A DNA stretch of 63,930 nucleotides, the filler included, from an uncultured Myxococcia bacterium (GTDB lineage: Bacteria; CAZTWC01): NCBI GenBank assembly GCA_964617105.1. It is 5 parts of 5 records of this genome, joined end to end, with 100 filler letters (N's around TTAATTAATTAA, not from the genome) between each part and the next. Parts side by side here need not be neighbours in the genome. Positions count along the whole stretch, not along the records: positions 51,924 to 63,930 come from CAZTWC010000098.1; 4 more parts are not named here. One strand, given 5' to 3'. This document shows positions 58,061 through 63,930 of the stretch, in pieces. How positions within the stretch are numbered: position 1 is the stretch's first letter; every line of letters starts with the position of its first letter. A model generated the notes under the pieces. It was not told the origin of the DNA, did no database searches, and saw only the letters and a program-made list of their open reading frames with translations. The translations under genes were made by a program, and so were the position numbers.

Positions 58061-59686
58061 TCATTGAGAAGACAATTTCTTCCATTTGGTAATTAAATCT
58101 AAGTATTCTTTAGCATTGACGGTTTGAAAGTCTTTAAAATTTTCGGCAATATCGTCATCTGACTCAGTGGATTTCATCTCGCCCTTGATCAAGGAGGTAA
58201 GCATAGTAATCAGATGAGCATCCTTGATATTATCGGTTTGCTTATCCAGCATATCTTTAACTTTTAACTTATATTCAATGGTTTGATCTTTATCTTTGGC
58301 TGGTTCTTTATATTCTACCGTCAACTTGAACTCCGCCTCATCGAGCCCCTCTTTTTTCAACAGATCAAAGGACTCTTTGAAAAATTGGGAAGTATTATAG
58401 GAAAAATTGGTGGGCTGAACCTCAGATTTTTGGGTGGAAACCTGTTCTGCCGCGGTTTTGGTATGTTTTAACTGCTCCGGAAAATCGAGACGAAAACGGA
58501 CGTTTTTGGCTGCCACATCAATTAGAGCAATAAAACGATCCACAAAAGCCCGTTTAGCATCATGGGCAGTAATCACACTAAAATAGGCTCCCCGGCCATG
58601 ATCAGTAAGTTGATTTAAAAAAGCATCGTTAAAATTGGCGCCAAACCCCAGACCGGAAAAATAGATCCCCTCCATATCATTAATTTGGGTTTTTTCAGAT
58701 ATTTTCTTTACATCCACCACTCCCCGGTTAGCATAGGCATCTGTTAAAATGACTACCCGGTTCATTTTGTCGGCATTAAAATATTTTTGGGCTAGTTTAT
58801 AACCCAGGTCAATACCAGCATTGAGATTGGTACTCCCTTTGGGAACCAGTTTAGCAACCGCTTCCTGATAGTTCTTATCATTCTCAGTAAAGTGATAATC
58901 TTCCAATAGAGTCGCGGCCTGGGAATGAAATTCTACCAGGTTGACCACGTCACCTTCCTTGAGGCTTCCAGCCATTTTTTCCAAACCGTATTTAGCTATC
59001 TCCATCAAACTCCACTCTCCCTGAGCCTCATCTGTCACTTTAAAGGAGGTTTGCCCCATGGAACCGGATACATCCACCACCAGAGTGATCACTAAATTTT
59101 TCCGGTCCTCTTTTTTCTTAGCCGGCGAGGCTACCATGGCTCCGAATTCGTAACTATACTCTCCGGTCTGGCCAGGTATTGCTCTTTTCCAAAGCCCCAT
59201 GGCTATATCAAATATCTCCTTTTTTTCAGTACCCTCTTTGACAAACTCCTCATAATTGAGAAATTCATAGGGGCGTGCCCAACTTTTTTGGGGAAAGTTG
59301 CCGTGGTTGAGGGCATATTTGGTTAACTGCACTCCAGCGGTGCTGGAGGAATCATCATAGGAGAAATAAAAATATTTTTTATCCTCTTTTTCATCCACTG
59401 AATCTGGCATAGATTGTATATTTTCATCCGATTCCGCCATGGGAGCCCCGCCAGCGCTGCCCGACGACTTTGAAGCAGCGGTGCCACCACCATCAGCCGT
59501 CCCAGAATAGGCGGTGCCGCCCTGATCTGAATCATTGGCATTGGAATCTCCGGCGCCATTGCCTCCTCCCTCCATAATGCTGAGATTTTCATCCTTTTCA
59601 GTACCGCAACTGGCTATAAAAAATACAAATAGCAAAACCAGCCCTATTATTCCTGATAAACTTACTAATTCTTGTCTTAACTTCAT
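58061..59686 (-). CDS. VWA-domain lipoprotein
   Basis: Lipobox IASC, Gly/Ser/Asp linker, MIDAS DVSGS...GSTN...LTD; AAGGAGG RBS. Confidence 0.9.
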   Translation of the reverse strand: MKLRQELVSLSGIIGLVLLFVFFIASCGTEKDENLSIMEGGGNGAGDSNANDSDQGGTAYSGTADGGGTAASKSSGSAGGAPMAESDENIQSMPDSVDEKEDKKYFYFSYDDSSSTAGVQLTKYALNHGNFPQKSWARPYEFLNYEEFVKEGTEKKEIFDIAMGLWKRAIPGQTGEYSYEFGAMVASPAKKKEDRKNLVITLVVDVSGSMGQTSFKVTDEAQGEWSLMEIAKYGLEKMAGSLKEGDVVNLVEFHSQAATLLEDYHFTENDKNYQEAVAKLVPKGSTNLNAGIDLGYKLAQKYFNADKMNRVVILTDAYANRGVVDVKKISEKTQINDMEGIYFSGLGFGANFNDAFLNQLTDHGRGAYFSVITAHDAKRAFVDRFIALIDVAAKNVRFRLDFPEQLKHTKTAAEQVSTQKSEVQPTNFSYNTSQFFKESFDLLKKEGLDEAEFKLTVEYKEPAKDKDQTIEYKLKVKDMLDKQTDNIKDAHLITMLTSLIKGEMKSTESDDDIAENFKDFQTVNAKEYLDLITKWKKLSSQ

Positions 59687-59872
59687 GATATCCTCCTTGT
59701 TATGGTTCTAAAATTTAATCTCTAAAATTCATGGGATCTCTCAAAAATTTTATACTGGCCGACTGCACCATTTAAATCTTCCCTGACACCACTTTAACCC
59801 GTCATTTCTAATAGTTACAGTACAACACCCTCTTTTTGCCAGCCCAACAAATTACAACCGCCACTTATTTAT

Positions 59873-59888
59873 TGCAATATCTGTACCT
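59873..59888 (-). promoter_or_regulatory. Possible sigma54 promoter for the VWA lipoprotein
   Basis: Minus strand AGGTACAGATATTGCA, GG-N10-GC with TTGCA; about 185 nt upstream of ATG. Confidence 0.45.
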
Positions 59889-59941
59889 TATTTATAAGGA
59901 CCTATCTATTGGCATTCTATTGTGTGTTTAATAAATGAATT

Positions 59942-60805
59942 CTAACTATGAAACTGTACCCTTACGGCAATCTTACCATAAGGAGTGGTGATAATTGCTA
60001 TATTGGTCTTTTCCAGATCAGAAATAGAGATTTTTCGGGGTGAAAGATAATGCTCTACCATAGGAATGGAGGGGGTGGTATGCCACCCGGTTTCAGTCAG
60101 GCCGGTAGCGTAAATCCCGCTAACAATATTTGCGAAAATTCCTAAATACCGGTTAGGTCGGACTTCCTCCTGGCTGGGCTTCAATATAGGCTTGCAGGCA
60201 TCATTGATAATCTGATTTATAGGTTGGGGAAGATAAAAATTAACCGAGAAATGGTGGGCGCCGGGAAAATCGATGAAGATAACCTCATCGGTCTCAAAAC
60301 CTTTCAACTGGGTTTTCCACTCTTTGGTCCTGGCGGTTAAACCGGTCAATCTGAAAATATAACGGCAGACAATTGTAGTTAACCGGTGGCATTGCTCGTA
60401 GTAATCAATATCATTATTAGTCCTGGAAACAACATTTTTGTTACGTTCCTGCTGTTGAAGATAACTTTCTAAGGCTTTCTCCAAGTCGGGAAACTGAATA
60501 GCATCAATCTCCATCAAAGCCTCACCCAGGTAGAGGTGATCCGACTGCTGCTTGAGCAAAAGTTCCTGTTTTTGCTCATCGCTGAGCACACCAAGCATAA
60601 TAGCCAACTCACCAAACATTAAATCTTCATTACGCTGGGCTTTTAACACTTTCTCTAATTGCGTCTGGCTAAGATACCCCTTTTCAACCGCCAAATAGCC
60701 AATTTTACGATTTCGTCTCTTTTGCAGTTTGACGGATTGAGTCAAGTGCTCAACCGTTACATAACCCTGCTCCAGGAGAAAGAGACCAAAAAAGTTGGCT
60801 GACAT
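59942..60805 (-). CDS. Protein with four MshEN-like repeats and divergent CheX-like C-terminal domain
   Basis: FFGLFLLEQGYV, KIGYLAVEKGYL, MFGELAIMLGVL, YLGEALMEIDAI; C-terminal LGIFANIVSG...SIP...TPYG. Confidence 0.75.
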   Translation of the reverse strand: MSANFFGLFLLEQGYVTVEHLTQSVKLQKRRNRKIGYLAVEKGYLSQTQLEKVLKAQRNEDLMFGELAIMLGVLSDEQKQELLLKQQSDHLYLGEALMEIDAIQFPDLEKALESYLQQQERNKNVVSRTNNDIDYYEQCHRLTTIVCRYIFRLTGLTARTKEWKTQLKGFETDEVIFIDFPGAHHFSVNFYLPQPINQIINDACKPILKPSQEEVRPNRYLGIFANIVSGIYATGLTETGWHTTPSIPMVEHYLSPRKISISDLEKTNIAIITTPYGKIAVRVQFHS

Positions 60806-61053
60806 AACTTCTGTACCCTCAGATAATATATTACCCAATCACAAAACAACTATTTTCTGCCTAAATATTTTAATTCCTATTAACCATATACAAAAAACAA
60901 TAAAAATCAAACCTAAAGATAAATCCTTTTTTGTCTAGACCTGTTTGCTATTACTATGGTAATATTTTTAAATAATTTGGCACTAAGGGCTCGCCCTAAA
61001 ATGCCGGTAATTAAATTGGGATCTTTTTTAGCTCTTAACAAGTAGGAATAAAA

Positions 61054-62279
61054 ATGAGTGAATACGACTTACAAAAAAAATTACTGCAATTGTCAAAAAT
61101 AGGTATTGCTTTAACCAGCAGCAACGACCTTAATGAACTCTTGGAACAAATTGTTAGAGAAGCCAGAAACTTTACCTCTTCCNNNNNNNNNNTGATGCTG
61201 GCAGTCTATATATAAAATCGGGCAAATTTCTCCGTTTCGTTGTCAGCCAGAATGATACTCTGGCAAATAACTCGAAAGATAATAAAGAAGACAACCTTTT
61301 CAAGTCAAAAGTTATGCCCATAACCGAGGAGAGTCTGGCCGGTTACATAGCAGCAACCGGACAAGTGCTCAACATTGAGGACGCCTATCATATTCCCTCA
61401 GACAAACCCTTTCAGTTTAACCGCAGTTTCGACCAAAAAACCGGATATCGCACCAAATCTATGCTGCTGGTTCCCATGAAAGATACTGAAGACAATATTA
61501 TCGGCGTACTGCAGTTGATTAATTTTATGGATGAAGCCAGAAATATCGTTAGTTTTGATGACTCCGACCAGGAGATGATCATGTCCCTGGCCTCCCAGGC
61601 AGCGGTGGCCATAAAAAACGCCATGCTTACCCAGCAATTGAAAGAAGCCCACTATGATACTATCTTTCGTCTTTCAGTAGCAGCCGAATACCGGGATAAA
61701 GATACGGCCAGGCATATTAAGCGGATGAGTAACTATTCCGCTGTAATCGCCCAGGGTATTGGACTTGGTAAAGATGCTGTAGAACTGCTGCTTTACTCCA
61801 GCCCCATGCATGACGTAGGCAAAATCGGAATCCCCGATGCAATCCTGCTCAAACCGGGACGCCTGACCTCTCAAGAACGTGGTATAATGGAAACCCACAG
61901 CGAAATCGGGGCCGACATCCTGGCCAACTCCAACAGCCAAGTGCTGCAGGCTTCGGAAATTATAGCCCTCAGTCACCATGAAAAATTTGACGGCACCGGT
62001 TACCCTAATGGGTTAAAAGGGGAAGAAATTCCCCTTTACGGTAGAATTACCGCCCTGGCTGATGTATACGATGCTCTGGCCTCCAAACGCTGTTACAAGG
62101 ATGCCATGCCCATGGAAAAGGTGTTGTTCATTATCAAAAAAGATTCCGGAACCCACTTCGATCCAGATCTGGTAAAAGTATTTTTTGACAATTTGGAAGA
62201 ACTCCAAACCATTGGAGAAAAATACCTGGAGATGCCGGAACCGCATCAAGAGCCTTCATCTGATACGGTTATCAGGTAG
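61054..62279 (+). CDS. GAF + HD-GYP cyclic-dinucleotide phosphodiesterase (10-N gap at 61183-61192)
   Basis: ATG 61054 (AGGA RBS) MSEYDLQKKLLQLSKIG...DAGSLY; FDQKTGYRTKSML GAF; HDVGKIG, HHEKFDGTGYP, ADVYDAL. Confidence 0.93.
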
Positions 62280-62287
62280 TTAAAAAT

Positions 62288-63328
62288 ATGGCAGTCAAAT
62301 GTATCTCCATGTTTTCCGGCGGTCTGGACAGCACGCTGGCAATAGCGCTGCTAAAAAGCCTGGACGTTCAAGTTGAAGCGGTAAATTACCGTATCGGTTT
62401 TACCTCTGCCGAACAAAACCTGGAGATCAGAAAACGAAGCAGCAAAAAGATGCAAGGGGAAAATTTTGATCCCATCAAAGTCGTTAGAAATATGGGGATT
62501 AGAGTTCATTGCATTGATGTCTGCCAAAAATTCCTCCAGGTAATCTCCAACCCAAAATTCGGTTACGGAAAAAATATCAACCCCTGTATTGACTGCAAAA
62601 TATTCATGCTCAAACAGGCAAAAAAACTGATGGAGGAATGGGGGTTTGATTTCATCGCTACCGGCGAAGTATTGGGACAACGTCCTATGTCGCAGCGGCG
62701 TGATACTTTAGACTTGATTGAGAGAGAATCGGGACTACGGGGAAAATTGCTTCGTCCCCTTAGCGCTGCCAAAATGAGACCCACCATTGCGGAACAAGAG
62801 GGGCTGATAGACCGAAATAAATTGCTGGGTATAAGCGGCCGGGGGCGCAAGGAACAGATAGAACTGGCCCGCCAATTTGATATCACGCAATACCAGAGTC
62901 CGGCTGGTGGTTGTTATCTTACCGATGAAACTTATGCCCGGCGCATGAAAGATCTTTTAGCCCATTTGCAGGGTGAGCCTCTTACCAGGAAAGAGATATT
63001 TTTACTGGCTGTGGGTAGACATTTCCGACTGAAAAAAAACCTGAAAATAATTGTTGGCCGGGACCAAGAGGAAAACAGTTTTCTGGAGCAATATATCCGC
63101 GATTACCCCTCTTGCCAATTGGACAACATCCCCGGACCTATGATAATAATTCAAGGTTTAACTGATGAAAACGATAAAAATAAAATAGCCTCTATTTGCC
63201 TGAGATACTCCAAGATGAAAGAGAACATAGAGAAGGTAAAGGCCATCTGGCTACAGGCAGATAAAACGTATATTATTGAGCAGTTAGAGCATATACCCCA
63301 AGATTATCTAGAACAGATAAGAATTTAA
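62288..63328 (+). CDS. PP-loop tRNA thiolation/modification enzyme (ThiI-like family)
   Basis: SGGLDS, NPCIDCK, TGEVLGQRPMSQ, PAGGC, GRHFR, IVGR. Confidence 0.85.
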   Translation: MAVKCISMFSGGLDSTLAIALLKSLDVQVEAVNYRIGFTSAEQNLEIRKRSSKKMQGENFDPIKVVRNMGIRVHCIDVCQKFLQVISNPKFGYGKNINPCIDCKIFMLKQAKKLMEEWGFDFIATGEVLGQRPMSQRRDTLDLIERESGLRGKLLRPLSAAKMRPTIAEQEGLIDRNKLLGISGRGRKEQIELARQFDITQYQSPAGGCYLTDETYARRMKDLLAHLQGEPLTRKEIFLLAVGRHFRLKKNLKIIVGRDQEENSFLEQYIRDYPSCQLDNIPGPMIIIQGLTDENDKNKIASICLRYSKMKENIEKVKAIWLQADKTYIIEQLEHIPQDYLEQIRI

Positions 63329-63486
63329 CCATTAGCATCCCACTTTTTACAGATGAAATAAAATTATCCCTATGATATAAATATATTGAGTAGGATAATA
63401 ATATAAATATTATTTATTTGCTGTTCGAGAAATCACTTCGTTGCAAGAATTTGGAGTGGCAACTATCTAAATTGGAGAAATTTCTT

Positions 63487-63930
63487 ATGACCAACGATGG
63501 ACGAGAACGGGAAAAGGAGTTAATGGAACTGATCAGGTCTTTGGAAGACCAGGACTCCCAAAAAAGTTTCAGCGCTGCCTGGTCTCTAGGTAAAATTGGC
63601 GATGCCAGGGCGGTTTCACCTCTGATCAACTCCCTTACCAACAGCAATCCCGATGTCCGCAGCAGTGCGGCCGGGGCTTTAGGAAAAATCGGGGACAAAC
63701 GAGCGTTAGAACCACTGATGGAACTGCTGAACAATGAGGAAAACGGTGATGTGCGTTTTAATGCCGCCTGGGCTCTGGGAAACATCGGCCTTCAAAAAGC
63801 CCAAAAAACTCTGCTTAATTTTTTGCAGGACCCGGATAACGATGTCCGCTACAGTGTAGCCTGGGCACTTGGTAAAGTGGGCAATAAAAATGTAGTGAGG
63901 CCGCTAATTGAAACTCTGCAGGATAGTCAT
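63487..63930 (+). CDS. HEAT/PBS-lyase repeat protein (3' truncated); not in ORF track
   Basis: GGAG RBS; repeated VR..AA.ALGKIGD.RA..PL units, open to window end. Confidence 0.9.
   Translation, partial: MTNDGREREKELMELIRSLEDQDSQKSFSAAWSLGKIGDARAVSPLINSLTNSNPDVRSSAAGALGKIGDKRALEPLMELLNNEENGDVRFNAAWALGNIGLQKAQKTLLNFLQDPDNDVRYSVAWALGKVGNKNVVRPLIETLQDSH

Noticed and set aside
1..63930. CRISPR arrays, rRNA, tRNA, transposases, integrases, prophage genes
   Set aside because: No repeat-spacer periodicity or recognisable motifs seen by eye; a covariance-model search was not possible, so small RNAs cannot be excluded.

Overview
The window is not contiguous chromosome. It is five assembly pieces of about 12-13 kb in decreasing length (1-13065, 13166-26189, 26290-39023, 39124-51823, 51924-63930), joined by an identical artificial 100-nt linker (44 N + TTAATTAATTAA + 44 N). 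Adjacency across linkers therefore has no biological meaning. Gene content suggests a fairly AT-rich deltaproteobacterial/Myxococcota-like bacterium (inference). Piece 1: surface lipoproteins, a phasin-like gene with a tandem-operator promoter, ggt, an interrupted outer-membrane protein, a REC-DnaJ-TPR regulator, ilvE and archease-rtcB. Piece 2: exported PepF, an Na+/alanine symporter, a truncated arylesterase, an AAA/DUF4143 ATPase, a GH31 lipoprotein, rlmD, a pseC-like aminotransferase and maf. Piece 3: a type II secretion operon gspC-N. Piece 4: signalling genes, pyrKD, mpl-coaE, an M48 peptidase and an SDR. Piece 5: an Fo-only atp operon, thpR, a nucleotidyltransferase/small-protein pair, leuS, a VWA lipoprotein, an MshEN-like/CheX-like protein divergent from a GAF-HD-GYP gene, a ThiI-like enzyme and a HEAT-repeat protein. 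No CRISPR array, rRNA, tRNA or transposase was recognised. I cannot support a single clearly new system. The best leads are the operator-controlled phasin-like gene, the MshEN/HD-GYP pair, an apparent ATT start on archease, sigma54-driven orphan exported proteins and a TA-like nucleotidyltransferase pair. All family calls come from motif recognition by eye, not database searches.
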